Program-made: the position numbers and the translations under genes
Notes under the pieces: model-generated
Seen by the model: only the letters and a program-made list of their open reading frames with translations
Databases searched by the model: none
What the model was told of the DNA's origin: nothing
Part shown: positions 33,893-46,947 of the stretch, one piece after another
Layout: the number at the start of each line of letters is the position of its first letter
How positions within the stretch are numbered: position 1 is the stretch's first letter
Source: Negaprion brevirostris
Lineage: Eukaryota
Reading direction: 5' to 3'
DNA length: 64,000 bases
NCBI GenBank assembly: GCA_030324005.1
Contig: JARDVH010000194.1
Span: forward strand, 6,021,915 to 6,085,914

Positions 33893-36620
33893 AAGAACAC
33901 AAGACCAGAAGAAATAGGAGCAGGAGCAGTCCATCATGCCCAACGAGCGTGCTCCACCATTTAATACGATCTTGGCTAATCCTTTGGGGACGCAGGCCCA
34001 TTGATCCACCCGCTCGCCATAACCCTTAATCCCTTCACTGTTAAAAAATCTGGCTAACTTTTCCTGAAACCATTTAATAAAGTAGCCTCAACTGCTTCAC
34101 TGGGCAGGGAATTCCACAGATTCACAACCCTTTGTATGAGAAAGTTCTACCCCAACTCATTTCTAAATCTGTTCCTCCTTATTTTGAGGCTATGCCCTCT
34201 AATGCTAGCTTCACTCGCCAGTGGAAATAGCCTTGCATACTCTATCTTATTTATTCCAGTCGTAATTATTATATATTTCTATAAGATCCCCCAAATCTAA
34301 CGACCCACCACCCCCCCCGCTCCCCCCACCCCCGCTATTGTTGTAAATTTCAACGATTACACTCCCATTCATTCTCTCCTCATAAGTATCACTGTCAACT
34401 CCAGAATCAACACAATAAATTTGTTTCACACTGTCTCCAGTATATCCTTTCTCAATTACGGAGACCAAAACTGTACGCAGTGTTCCATTTGTGGCCAAAC
34501 CAGCACCTTATACAAGTAAAACATAACCTCCTTTTTTAGCAAAGGCAAAATTCAATTTGCCTGCACACCATGTTTTGTAATCCATGTGCAAGGATGCCCA
34601 GGTTTTTATGCACAGCAGCAAGCTGCAATTTTTACCATTTCAATAATAGCCCATTTTGCTGTTATTCCTACATGATGAAGGCGGTAACCTCGAAAGCTAG
34701 TGAGTTTACTATCAAATAAATCGGTTGGACTTAAACCTGGTGTTGTCAGACTTTTTATTGTGTTTACCCCAGTCCAACGCCGGCATATCGAATTTATTGC
34801 GAGACACTTACCCAGTCCCTTAAACTATCTATAATCCCTTTGTATACTTTCAGGCCCTCTGCACATTTTACCACTCATCTTGGTGTCATCTGCGAAATTT
34901 GGCATTCTACATTTGTTCCCCAACTCCAAATTGTTCTTTGTAAATTGTAAACAATTTGTAGTCCCAGAAGTGATCCGTTAGACAAAACCACTATTCGCTG
35001 ATCGCCAACCAGAAAAAACAACCATTTACCCCCACTATTTTCTTCCTCTCAATTAATCAATCTCCAACCATGTTAATGCATTCTACATCACGCCGTGCAC
35101 CTTTATCTCAAGCATCAACCTTTTTTGCGGCTCGTTGTCGAATGCATTCTGGAAATCCGAACACAACATGTCCACTGGTTTCCCACCGTAACCCGCGCTC
35201 GCAATGTCCTCCAAAAATTCCAGCAACTTAATTAAACATTGACCTGCCTTTCATGAACCCATGCTGCGTCTTCCCAATGGGGCAATTTATATTCAGATAA
35301 CTCGTTATTTCTTCCTTGATGACAGATTCAATCATTTACCCCACGACAGAAGTTAAGTTAACCGGCCTATTGTTACCAACCATTTGTGTACCTCATTTTC
35401 TAAACAGTGGTGAGACAGTTTTCCAATCTGTAGGAACGCTCCAGTCTCCAGTGAATTTGGTAAATTACAATTGCATTTGCTCATTGACCCGCCATTCTTT
35501 TAATACCCTATGATGCATTTCATTAGCGTCAGGAGACTTATGTGACTGTGCTTACCTTGCCCAACACTTCAGCGATAATGATAGTTCCTAGTTCCTCACA
35601 TCACATTGCCTTTATCAATTTTTGGCATCTTTGTATGTCTTCCATTGTAAGGCCTAACACAAAATGCCTGATCAATGCCTGATCAATGTTGCGGCCATTT
35701 CCTAATTTCTCATTATTAAATCCCCTTTCTCATCCTCTAAAAGACCAATGTTTACCCTAGCCAGTCTTTTTAATTCTATACATTTGGGAAACATTTGCTA
35801 TCTATTGTTACATATTCATTCTCAATCTCATGATGTATCTTAATTTTACTTCTAACTTTTTTTTCGTGGCATTCGTTCGACCTTTAAAGATTTCCCAATC
35901 CTCTAGTTTTCCACAAATCTTTGCCACTTTGTATGCATTTCCTTTCAATTTATTACCCTCCTTACTGTGATCTCTCCTTCCACCAGTATCCATCGCTGTA
36001 ACACAATTTATTTTGGGATAAAAAAACATTTTAATATGGATGCTGGAATCTGAAACCCAATGTGAAAATGCTGGAAAATCTCAGCAGGTCTGGCTAGCAC
36101 CTGTGAGTGGAGAAACGATCTGACGTATCTAGTCCAGATACTCCTTTGTCAAAATTAATTTTTTGGGAACGAGGAGATATTTATACTATAGTGTGAAGGA
36201 ATGTAAGGTGAGCCACAACCACACAAAAAAAAACAGGGGGAAGACTCCAAATGGCAATCCATAAAGGGAATAGAATGTGTGAATGACCAAACAACAGAGG
36301 AGCTGAAATCAGAGGGTTAAGTGTGACAGAAGAAGATGGGGGGTGGGGGGGGGGGAGTGGAGGTGGGGGGAGATGGGTGGGAAAGAGGTAAAATTGAGAA
36401 AAAAGGGATTAAGGAAACCAAAGAGGGGGAAAGGGTAATGAAAGTAAGGATCATTAATTATTCCTCCCTCTTTACACAGGACCAAATCTAGGATAGCTTC
36501 CTCCCACATAAGTTTCAGTACATACTATTCAAGGAAACTATCGTGTATATATCCTATGAAGTCCTCCTCAAGGCTCCCTTGATCGACCTGATTTGACCAA
36601 CCTACATTTAGATTAAAACA
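33893..36620 (-). mobile_element. Long decayed CR1 LINE with Penelope-like insertions (~34672-34790, ~36035-36440)
   Basis: 3' tail aagaaataggagcaggagc at 33910; minus-strand RT motifs (KFRR*HQD, DFQNAFDNEP, QHGFMKGR, NRPVNLTSVVG) and EEAILDLVLC endonuclease motif at ~36500. Confidence 0.8.
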
Positions 36621-36798
36621 TGCATCAAAAATGTCTTGCCATAATTACATCGGCTATATAGACGTAACTAAATTGACAGCCTGTTTATGGATCTCAAAGA
36701 GAATGTATATGCCTCTAAGAGGAGAAGTTTTGCATGACATAACCAATAAGAGGAAATGCCCAATTCAAATGTACATTACGCAGGAGATTGCGCCATGT

Positions 36799-37709
36799 TT
36801 AATGGCTAAATAACATTAATATTAGACGCACTGGATATTTTGCTGCATTAACTAATTCCTCTCTGAATTTATTCTGAGTTCCAGCATAAATAAAGGGATT
36901 GACGCAGGAGCTCAGTAACTGAAGCATGAAACCGCTTTCGTCAAGAATAAAATTTGATTCACTGAAATTTGTACCTGAGAAGTAATTAACGTTTGCAATC
37001 CGCACATAGAGGAATGTTAGAAGAACTAATAAATAGAGCAGGATGAAACTACCCGATATGGCAAAGAGTAAAACAATGGATTTTCTCCGCTTCTCCATCT
37101 CTGGGTCACTCTGATTATCTCCATTTTTCTGGATCCGGAGTCTCCTGCGCGCTTTGTTGGCCGCTACTATGTGCCTGACAGTCAGCGCATTGAGCAATAA
37201 AATCTGAATGAATGGGAGACAAGGGGTTAAAATGTGATGAATCCAGTCATATGCGGCCCATGCAGGTGACGTATAAAATATTAATTTGATGTTACAGAAC
37301 CAGGGTGTGTTGTTAATTGTGTACGACGGTTCATAAATAAAATATAGGAAGGTATTTTTCAAACAGCTCAGGGTACAAACAATGCCTATCACACGGCCTG
37401 CCGTCTTCACGTTGCAATATTTTGTTTTCAGCTTCTGGCAACAAATTGCCACATATCGATCGAAGGTGAATGCGACTGTCAACCAAACCGAACTGTCTAT
37501 GACTGCATAGTTTATGACAGACCTGAAACTGCACACTGGCGTAATGATCAAGAAACTAATTGGGAAATACATTCCAGCAATCCTGTTGAATATCACAGCG
37601 GTAACCATGATGAGCAAGTCCATCACCGCCATGGATAGCAGGTAGTAAGTGATACATCTGGAAAGTCCGCATCTCTCTCGGGACAGGATCACAATCACTG
37701 ACAAGTTCG
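36799..37709 (-). CDS. GPR139/142-like class A GPCR gene 2, coding exon 2 (joined protein ~326 aa)
   Basis: Acceptor tttttgtgacag; ANLSVIVILSRERCGLSRCIT, MAVMDLL, AFTFDRYVAICC, PWFC, RRKSIVLLFAISGSF, SSCVNPFIY, KFREEL; stop TAA at 36799. Confidence 0.93.
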
Positions 37710-38079
37710 CTGTCACAAAAACACATGTAGAAAAACAATGAGAGAGAGTGGGAGGGTGTACTAACCATTGGCGGCCAGAAAGAGAAATTCTCAAATAATT
37801 ATCAATATCTGAAAACTTCCTGTGAATTTTATACACTTGGCGCCGGATAGCAAGAAAACAAAAGTTGCTGGCTCTTATTTCTGTTTTTAATGAAATCATT
37901 CACATTAAAAATATGGTGAATAACATCGGCCAGTATCACGGCCAGTATAACATAAAACAGACGAGGAAAACAAAATAAAAATGTTTGAACCAAATGTGGG
38001 AGAACTGGAGAAGAGAAGAAAAGACTTAACCAATCCTATAGATATTCAAAGCAGTAAAATTAAAGTTAAAAATAATTAA

Positions 38080-38365
38080 AGTATATTTATTAGTAACTAC
38101 CTGCCTTATATTCACACTTCGATTAAGAGATGGTGAAAAATCCCCTAGTCGCCACACTCCAGCGCCAGTTCTGGTTGACTGAGGGAGAATTTAACATAGC
38201 CCATTCACAAAACCTGCACACCTTTGGACTTTGGGAGTAAACCCGAGCACCCAAAGGAAATCTACACCGAAACAGGGAGAACGTGTAAACTCCACACAAA
38301 AAGTCACCCAAGCCAGGAATGGAACCCGCCTCCCTAGCGCTGTGAGGCAGCAGCGCTGACCACTA
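38080..38365 (-). mobile_element. V-domain SINE in the GPCR gene 2 intron
   Basis: Minus-strand gtggtcagcgctgctgcctcacagcgctaggg head, V-core, tail gtggcgactagggg. Confidence 0.8.
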
Positions 38366-39099
38366 AGGCATCGATAAGAAGTACAACAGCCAGCAATAAG
38401 AATGTAAGCTAATTAGAATGCAGGAAAAAAAAAAGTTGAGTACTAAATTTATGATTATCTTTTATCGAATCAATTACTTAGAAAAAAACGACCTTTACTG
38501 TTGGACAATCTGAAAGCGAAAATGATGGAAAAGAGAAGAAACGATTACAGAGAATGCTTTCTGCCTGCTCAGAGGGTTTGTTGAGGAGGACATGGAGATA
38601 ATATCGAGCTCTTCTTCAGAAGTCACCTAGGATTCTAGTTGCGGATGTGAACCAAAAAAAAAAACACTAAAAGCAACTGATGTCTCATTTTTGGAAAAAG
38701 AAAGTATCTCCTTTAACACAACGCGCCTCAGTATTGTGCTCTGTCACAGGATAAATGATCAATTAGTTTAATATTGAAAGTTGAATTCATGTAAAATGAA
38801 TGGGAACGAGAGATATCAAAACTAAAACAACACAGCAAATAAGGTTTTTATTGCAGAACCATTATTTATTAAATACCATTAATTTAAGTTGAACTGATAG
38901 CATTGAACCACCATTTTGTTCAGTCTTTGAAGTGATTTCAGACGTTAGTGTTCAGGACGGCAATGGTCACGCCTTCATCATTTAATTCTCTGTTATTGAA
39001 GATTAGAGTAATGCAACCAGTGATACTTTTCGAGGAAAATTGGTGGCGGAGAGACATTTCAACAGGACTAATGACCCACATGTATCAAGGAATGCACGT

Positions 39100-41150
39100 T
39101 TTAATCCCAACAAGACAAGTGTGTCCAACTCCGAAGTGGTATTAAACAGGATGTCCACCCAGCATCAATAAAATTCAGAAAAGCCAAACCAGCTTTGCAA
39201 AATCCTCCCAAATAACTCATCAGGACTTCTGTCAACATCGGTACTACTACATTTTTCTGGCATGGTGATACTCGCGGAATTATGTGCCGCAGATCAGGTC
39301 TCAGCCACCACCCTTCCTGGATATATCCTCTCCCACCATCAGCATAGAGCCAAAACATACGGCAGCACATCTTCAGCATCAACATAGTACCAAGTCAAAC
39401 ATGAGGACACAAACATCATATTAGTTACGACACACTGTCTGCACTCTCCTGTAAGCTGATCGGGACTGCTTCCTGGCGAACTCCCTTTGCAGAATGCATT
39501 GAGGGTGGCAATGGAGTAGAATGCATGCTGGAATGGGGACTTCAAAATCCTCAGGAAGAATGGCTTGGTAGTACAGACTGAGCTGGCCGGTTCCAAAAGG
39601 ACAGAGCTTTGACTGTGACTGTGTCATGTGGTGAGGGAGCCAAACAAAGGGAAAAGCATACCCGACCTCATCATCACGAACCTGCTGCCACAGATGTAAA
39701 TGCTCATGACAACATGTGTAGGAGTCACCACCATACCGTCCTGACTGACTATATACTCATTTTTTCACTTGTTTGGCACTCTCACCGTGCTAAATGGGAG
39801 AAACTTTGATCAGACCTAGCAATTCAAGCCTGGGCACCCAGGAGCTGCTGAGGGTCATTAACATCAGAACCCATCTGAACATAGTCCAGAACATCATGGG
39901 CAGGCACAGCATCAGCACCAAGCGAGCCAAACATCGTTGAGCAAAGATTCCAAGTGGGCCGATCTGGAAACGTGCCAAGCATATCTAAAATAAGTTTTCC
40001 AAATGGTGAAGTTACAATGTAGGTCTATTTTGGGGCTAAACAGCATAAGCACAAATATTACACAGAGCGATGCAATTGCATTACCATCAAATCTGAACTA
40101 AGATCTGCAATCCTGTCACTCCACTCGTGAATGGTGGTGGAAAATTAAGCAACTCTCTGTAGGATGATGAGTCATTAATGTCACTATTCAAAATTATATG
40201 TGAAACATGTACAAAATAGTCGCATTCCAATGAGCTGAGAGCGAATTCCTTTGATATCCGGACCACATTTGAGCGAAGGTAGCAACAAGAAGCCCTGGAA
40301 TCAAGTAGAATGATTGTGGTTACTGTGGTTGGTGGCCAGTCAGTCCAATTCCACTGCAGCTGTTCCTCAGGGTAATGCCCCAAGTCCAAACGTATTCAGT
40401 GCTAAGTGATAGTCCTCTGATTATGAGATCAGAAGTTGAATGTGAGATGATGAGCTCAAATCAGTCAGCACCTTTTCCGATTATTCATAGGCTTAATCAG
40501 TTCATGTCAAATTCCAACAAAACCTAAATAATAGCTACGATTGGGCTGGCTAGTTTCAATGACACTACTGCTTCAAGCGAGGAGCGAAACATTGTTCCTT
40601 GACATCCAGTGACATGACTGTCTCTGAGTCTCCCATTATGAATATGTTTGGGGTTATCATTAACCAGAGCCTGAACTTGACGAGCCATATAAATGGCTGC
40701 TCAGAAACTAAGAATCTTGCGGCGAGTTGTCATCTTCTGACTACTGCAGCATGCTCATGGGTGCAAAGCAGATGGGTATGTCAGGCGTACGATGGAAAGC
40801 TGTGAACTTGCCAGGGGGACTGCAGTTCCAGCATCGCTTAAGATGCTTGAGACAATCTAGAAGACAGCAGTCTGCTTGATTGTCACCCCGTTCATAAATT
40901 CACATCTTTCATCACTTTTGAACCATGGCGGTCTTATGTTTCAACTCAAAGATGCACTGAAGGAATTTACCACAGCGCTGTCCAAACGCAAGTGGAATAC
41001 AATCTGGAAGGACAAGGCCAACAGATATATGAACACCCCATCCGTGCCACTCACTATCCTACCTTTGGACTATTTCCCTTTTCAGTCACTCTTCTTGGGT
41101 CAATTTTCTGGACTTCCCTCCCTAACAGCACTGACAGTTTTTATTAGTTA
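39100..41150 (+). mobile_element. Decayed LINE (same family as 1-1197) in the GPCR gene 2 intron
   Basis: Endonuclease-like GDFKI..EWLGSTD, SHHHTVL and decayed RT-like segments downstream. Confidence 0.65.
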
Positions 41151-41777
41151 AATTGGGATGTGAATTATTCAGACCTTAACTATTACATCTTTGAGTCACT
41201 AGTGAAAAGCAGATAGCCAGTGACAATAGCACAATTATTATATATTCAAACAGTCATGACAAATCAAATTCAGTCTAAAGAAATGCAGTGTGTCTCTAAT
41301 TGCTCCAAACGTTAGTAATGTAATTATATTAATGTTTATGCTCCAATAATTATATTATGATGCATATGCCATTTGATGCGTATGCCATAGTACTGTCATG
41401 ACACAATTGATCTTAATTTACACAGTCGAACAGTAGACACAAACTAAATTATACCATTCAAGCTGTGAGTGGGAACGGGAGGTGAGCAGCCTGACATTGG
41501 TGTGGTGATGACATTTCTAAAGGGGAGAATCTTATTAAAAAAGGGGAAAAGAGTTAGTTACCATGCAAAATTAATGTTGTTGAAGAGGAGAAAGTGATTC
41601 TGTGAAAAGGAAGAAGTTATATTGATTAGAAAAAAAAAACTCCTATTAAAGTAGCTAAACGTTCTTGTGGAACGATGCACACAATAACATTGCAAAGGAA
41701 GCGGTTGAAAAATGAATGAGAACATTCGACTTTTTAAGGATCATTTCGGTAATTCGTAACAATTTTCATCACTTTAC

Positions 41778-41847
41778 CTGGAACTCCGATAGCTGCGAGG
41801 ACAGGATAGTAAATGGCAAACACCAGTCCCTTTGCAGGCCCATGCAT
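41778..41847 (-). CDS. GPR139/142-like GPCR gene 2, coding exon 1 (70 nt, phase 1)
   Basis: aaaATG start, MHGPAKGLVFAIYYPVLAAIGVP-G, donor ccag|gtaaag; same length, phase and donor as gene 1 exon 1; splices in frame to 37709. Confidence 0.88.
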
Positions 41848-43345
41848 TTTCTTCGGAATTCTTGTCGTACTCTCAACTTACCTTAAAAAATCCTTCTATT
41901 TTAACATGATGCTGGGCTCCAGGGAAATAATTAGATTGTTTTAATTTAAATGACGCTAATTGGTGGAGGTACGTGAGCGCAGCTGCTACCAGAGAATTGA
42001 AATGAAATGTTTTAAAAATCATTGAAATGTTCTAATATGAAATACGGAGAGACTTCAGTATCAATTCAAAGTATTTATCCCTAAATAACTGTGATGATGA
42101 ACGCTCAATAGACATTTCAGAGGTGAAAGTGAACATTGAGAAAAGGGAACCACCAGTGCTACATTCTCTTCATTATAAAAAAAAAGAACATTATCAGCTA
42201 ATTTCCTTGACAATGAGGGAACGGGAAGTACTAACGTTCTCGCTCCTGGTTACTGTTCATCTTCAGTTTGCATAGTGACTCTTCACACCCTTTATTCCTA
42301 ATTGTTATAAAAGTGTAAACAGACTTTATTGAAGTCGATGCCTGGTCTGCTCACAATGTGAAGAATGGCATTATTCAATGCTGTAAATGTGTTTAATTCT
42401 CTGCCTGTCCATTCAATGTTGTCACAGCTCAACAAGATTGTTCTCAGTGAGCATTTCATTAGCTGTGCCAGTTACTCTTTTGTGTAGGAAACGTCAGCTT
42501 AGGTCGGAAGTTTTCAGCACAAAATGCTGACAGGTAACTCTCGTAATCTAGTATAGCCACAAGTACTTTGCAGCCTGGGAAATTTCTTCTGTAATTTTAA
42601 ACAAACTATATCCACTGGTTATGTTTTAGTTGCCCTGATCTCGTCGAAATAAACTCAAAAAGTTTTTTTCAAACACTTTTGTAATAAAGTAACCGTGACT
42701 CAGCCACATCTTTTCTTATCTTTTGGTACGTCTTTACCATTTATTCTGTGGTGGACTCCGCAATCCTCCATACACTTTTTCTTCGACTGAAATTCTCAGT
42801 TTTCCTTTGTTTTACTCCTTCAAAAGGAGTTTCATCTATATTGACTTCAAATTAATGAGAGGTTTTTTTGAATCTGCACCAACAAGAAAAAAGCAGTCAT
42901 GCAACTAATACCCTTCCACTCACAGCAGGACTGAGCTATTTTAATATATGATTCAATCAATTCTAACCATTTCGCTAAGAAACTGTACCTGGCAAATCGA
43001 CCAAAATCAGTAGAACAGTGACACTGGACATAAATGAACATGAATTGCATTTGATAGACCTGGAGATAACTCAAAGGGAAAGGATGTGTTAAGGTAGCTC
43101 TTGAGTGTCAATTCTTTACAGTAATGAGGGTATGCTGTGTGTTCCCCTGTATTTTCACTGACGCCTCAGTCATTAGCTTGGTAGCTTTTAGAAATTGAAA
43201 GTTACGCATGCAGGACTAGTGCACTTTGTGCTCCAGCCAAAATAAACAGTATTTCCAGTTCCTGAACAAATCGACTGTGTTCTCGCTAAACATGTTATTT
43301 TGTAGGAGAAATTTAGAGTATGGAATGTATTTCATGGCTGCAACT

Positions 43346-43417
43346 GTCCGGCTAACACAGTCGATAGCGCATGAAACACTTTATGTCAGGGATTCGGTTG
43401 GAGCCCCACGTTGTTAA
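43346..43417 (+). pseudogene. tRNA-Lys(CTT) pseudogene
   Basis: gtccggctaacacagtcgatagcgcatgaaacactttatgtcagggattcggttggagccccacgttg aligns to vertebrate tRNA-Lys(CTT) with many substitutions. Confidence 0.65.
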
Positions 43418-44794
43418 ACCTTGCTCCTTTCCTGGATGAATTCCAGCTCTCCATTCCTCCTGGAGCATCACCACTAAAACTGAGTGTTTATCCATCCCCC
43501 TTTGCTATTCTCACAGTTCCTAGTTTCTGGTGAAAGCTGCATCCAATTCACTGGAATTCGGTTAGTTTTGTGCTTAACCACCGTTGCACCTGCCTTAAAG
43601 AGCGGGGGAGGCTCAATGTGATAATGAGCAAATCCTACACTATTTATTCTGTTCATTGCCAATACGACATTCAATAAGAATTTTTTCTGCCGGTGTCATT
43701 GAGGAGTGGCCCACGGTACTTATTCAGATTGTAGCTTTTTTGGATGCATGTTCCCGAAACCCTTTGCTGGTAAGTGTTCCAGCACTATATAAACTTCAGT
43801 CTGGTTGGTTTAAATATCTTCAATCTCAGCCCTCTGGTTACTGACCCCTGACAGTAGAAACACTCTCTCCCAATCTGTTCTATTAAACGGCCCTTTCCCC
43901 ATATTAGGAGACAGGGAGTATCTACTAAACATCAACAACACTGTGGAGGAAAAGCAGTCAAAGTGACACGTTTAGAATTCTAAAAAAAATACATGGTCAT
44001 GCTGAATTAGGTTTTACAAAAAGAGAATTGGGTCAGACATATCGGGAACTCGCTCACTCCTTTATTTCGGATGCTGTTGGCATCTCTGTGTCAGGCTCGT
44101 TTTTTCAGAGACCCTTACGTCATTGATGCAACACACCGATCTGCATAGAAAAACTCAGTCCTTATTTTCAAGCAAGTACAAGCTTTTTGGAGGATTGTTT
44201 TACTAAATCAGCACAGTGTCCTGAGCTTAGCCGAGCAATACTATCTCGAACGGCGCGGGGGGGGGGGGGGGGGGGGGNNNNNNNNNNCCCCCCCCCCCCC
44301 CCAGTCTCTCCTTTTATAATCTTTTTACAACAATTAGACACGTGCACACAATATAACTTCACTCAGATCACGCGCTTAGCAACAGGAAAAGTAAGTACAA
44401 ATGCAGTATGTGAGGAAAAATATGACGAAAATCCCGCCCCCAGTTGCCATCGAACTGCACGTCCACCATTTTCCCATAAAGCAAATGTTATCTCTTTCAA
44501 ACAAGGACAGCATTTATCCAAGTCCAGTCTAGACGGATTTAATAAAGCAAGAGTTTTGTTATTTACAAGGCTAGGGTTACAGTTCAGAATAGGCATGTAC
44601 TGGTATCAGCACAAGCTGTTTGAAGCCAGATGCAGTTAATCACAACTTTTAAGCGAATGGAGGCATTTTACTTTATCTTAAAGCAACCAGCTGTGTTCGC
44701 AATTTTGCAGGATCTCAGATTGCAAAACTTTTTTTTCACAAATGGTCAATATCATAGGAGATTCATCGGATCTTAACCCCTTGACGTCTCATCG

Positions 44795-44868
44795 GTATCT
44801 GTGTCGCAATTAGCCAACACTTTTGGTTGTTAGCAGAATGGTTGATGGTTCGAAAGCATCCAGAGGCG
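44795..44868 (+). pseudogene. tRNA-Asn(GTT) pseudogene
   Basis: gtatctgtgtcgcaattagccaacacttttggttgttagcagaatggttgatggttcgaaagcatccagaggcg. Confidence 0.65.
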
Positions 44869-45652
44869 ACGTTGTCTGGTTCACTCGACCAGTTGGCGAC
44901 AAATGATGAACGCAGCATGTGCATGAAAAATGGCACTGCTTCTCATTCCTGATCAGTCAATCATAACTGCTGTTTCAGAGCGGCACACCAGGTCAGTGGC
45001 GTCCTTCTGTTCTGTAACTTTTCATTTACTGCTTGTCCTTTCACAGTCATTCTATCGTCTTACAACCCATTACTGCAAAGTTAATCTTCTCCTGTGTTCC
45101 GCTGCTGTGACCTCATGGAACTGAGTGACTTTAGTGACAAACTTTCTTGTTATTAGCCCGAGATTTGGTGTCAGATCTTGGAAATGTTTCTGTTAGTGTT
45201 AACTGTAAAATCAAGACCATTACCACTCAGGTTTTACTTTGCATCAGCTTCTCCATCGTCAGCGGTGGCAGCCGATCTGTGTCTATTTTGCAAAACCAAT
45301 ATCTGTGAATGCTGGAATCTGAAACGAAAATGCTGGAAAATCTCAGCAGGCCTGACGGCATCTGTGGAGATAGAATAGAGCTAACGTTTCGATTTAAATG
45401 GCATTTCTACTGAGCTTAAAACTTTGATGAGAAGCACTCGATGGTAGCTCCATTCTGTTTTCTTACAGTTTCTGCTTTTTCTTGCCCTTTCTGTCTCCAG
45501 ATTTGTTTTTGCAAGGTGACATTTCCAGCTGTGATGCGAAGCTACCAGTTACAATTCTCCTGATTTTGAAAGAATTGTCTCCGGTTTACATTCAGGAGTT
45601 AATTCGGGTTCATTTTCACAACTTGATACACAGCTATATAAAAAAAAGGTCA

Positions 45653-45724
45653 CTCCCTGACCAGCAATCGAAGTCACGCTGCGGGAATGAGAACACCAAA
45701 TCCTAACCATTAAACCACAATGGA
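45653..45724 (-). pseudogene. tRNA-Glu(CTC) pseudogene
   Basis: Reverse strand tccattgtggtttaatggttaggatttggtgttctcattcccgcagcgtgacttcgattgctggtcagggag, followed by a T-run. Confidence 0.65.
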
Positions 45725-45939
45725 AAAAAAAATCTTGGCTGTTTTGTACGTTTCTTGTGCAACAGAGTTGGACAATAAGTGACTTCTTCTGCCAATGAGG
45801 ATGCTGATTGGTGTTAGCTTGCTTTTGAAATCCACAGGGAGGTGAAATAATTGGGATTACATGAATGAAGGAAGTTCACGCATGTGTGAAGTCCCAGCAT
45901 TGAGCTCTATAATATAACATGTTGGTAAGGCCCCAGCAA

Positions 45940-46525
45940 GTGCATTGTGGTAGTTCTAGAATTCATATGATTGGAGGGATGTTATAGCAAAGGAAAGGGT
46001 GCAAAAGAGATTTACCAGGATGGTACCAGGGCTGGAGAGTTTCAGTTATGAAATGAGATCAAAAAGATTGGGGTTGTTTTACTTGAAGTAAACGAAGCTG
46101 AGGTGCGTTTGTGGGGTGACGGGGAGGTTCTTTGGGGTGGGGGGAGGGAGAGACGTAACTGAGATGTGCAAAGCTGTGGCGGCCAAAGCAAGAGTAGACA
46201 GGAAGAATCTTTTCCCCTTGGTGGAGGGTTCAATGCCTAACGGTTAAAGTTGTAAGGCGAGACGTTTAAAGGGGATGTGAGGAATAATATTTTCACCCAG
46301 AAGATGGTGGGAGACTGGAACTGACTGCCTGAAAGCAAGGTGGAGGCAGACAACATTGGTAACATTGATGAGTATTTAGATGTGCTTTTGCGATTTGAAG
46401 GCGCACAAGGCTATGGGCCAAATGCTGGAAAATGGGATTAGACGAGAGAGGTGGCTGTCTGACTGGCATGGATGCGATTGTCCGAAATTATGTTTCTTTG
46501 CTGAAGCCCTCTGTGACTCTATCCC
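45940..46525 (+). mobile_element. CR1 LINE 3' fragment
   Basis: ERVQKRFTRMVPGLESFSYE...FTQKMVGDWN*LP and 3' UTR ending ctgtgactctat. Confidence 0.8.
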
Positions 46526-46669
46526 TTGTGGATCTTCATTATTTCTACTGACATCACACAATACTGGGGTGGAATTATTTGTTGTACATTTGTGGGGCCG
46601 GGGGGGGGGGGGCGCGCAAGGGGTGGGAGTGAGGGTGGGGTGGGGCGGAGGGAAGGGGGGGGCGTCGTC

Positions 46670-46947
46670 TACTGAGTTTTTCGCACATCAGTAGTGGCAG
46701 ACACACACACACACACACACACAAACACACACATACACTTGCTTAATAATTGCCCGACTGTAGTCGAATGTTTGTTGATGTATGACACCAACTTCTCATT
46801 TCTTTCAACAGAGGAATTAAAGGACAGCGAAAATAATCATTGATGTTGCACCTGGCGCCAGCTGAACTGGCTGAAAAAATTTCCTTTCAATTCGTACTTT
46901 GCAAGAAATTGAAACATACCAATCATCAGCATCCGCAAACAAAAGCA
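46670..46947 (-). repeat. Dispersed inverted copy of the tRNA-Gln cassette 3' flank with (CA)n, tRNA absent
   Basis: Reverse complement of ~17000-17290 / 2300-2630 (tgacaccaac, ttcgtactttg, tggcgccag). Confidence 0.7.

Noticed and set aside
37710-37899. 63-aa N-terminal extension of the 366-aa GPCR ORF (single-exon model)
   Set aside because: It has no TM1-like N-terminal half. A canonical acceptor at 37710 and a 70-nt exon 1 at 41778-41847, matching the gene 1 structure, explain the gene better.
44255-44302. G-run / C-run apparent hairpin or G-quadruplex
   Set aside because: The runs flank a 10-N gap and are typical of sequencing drop-out at homopolymers; true structure is unknown.
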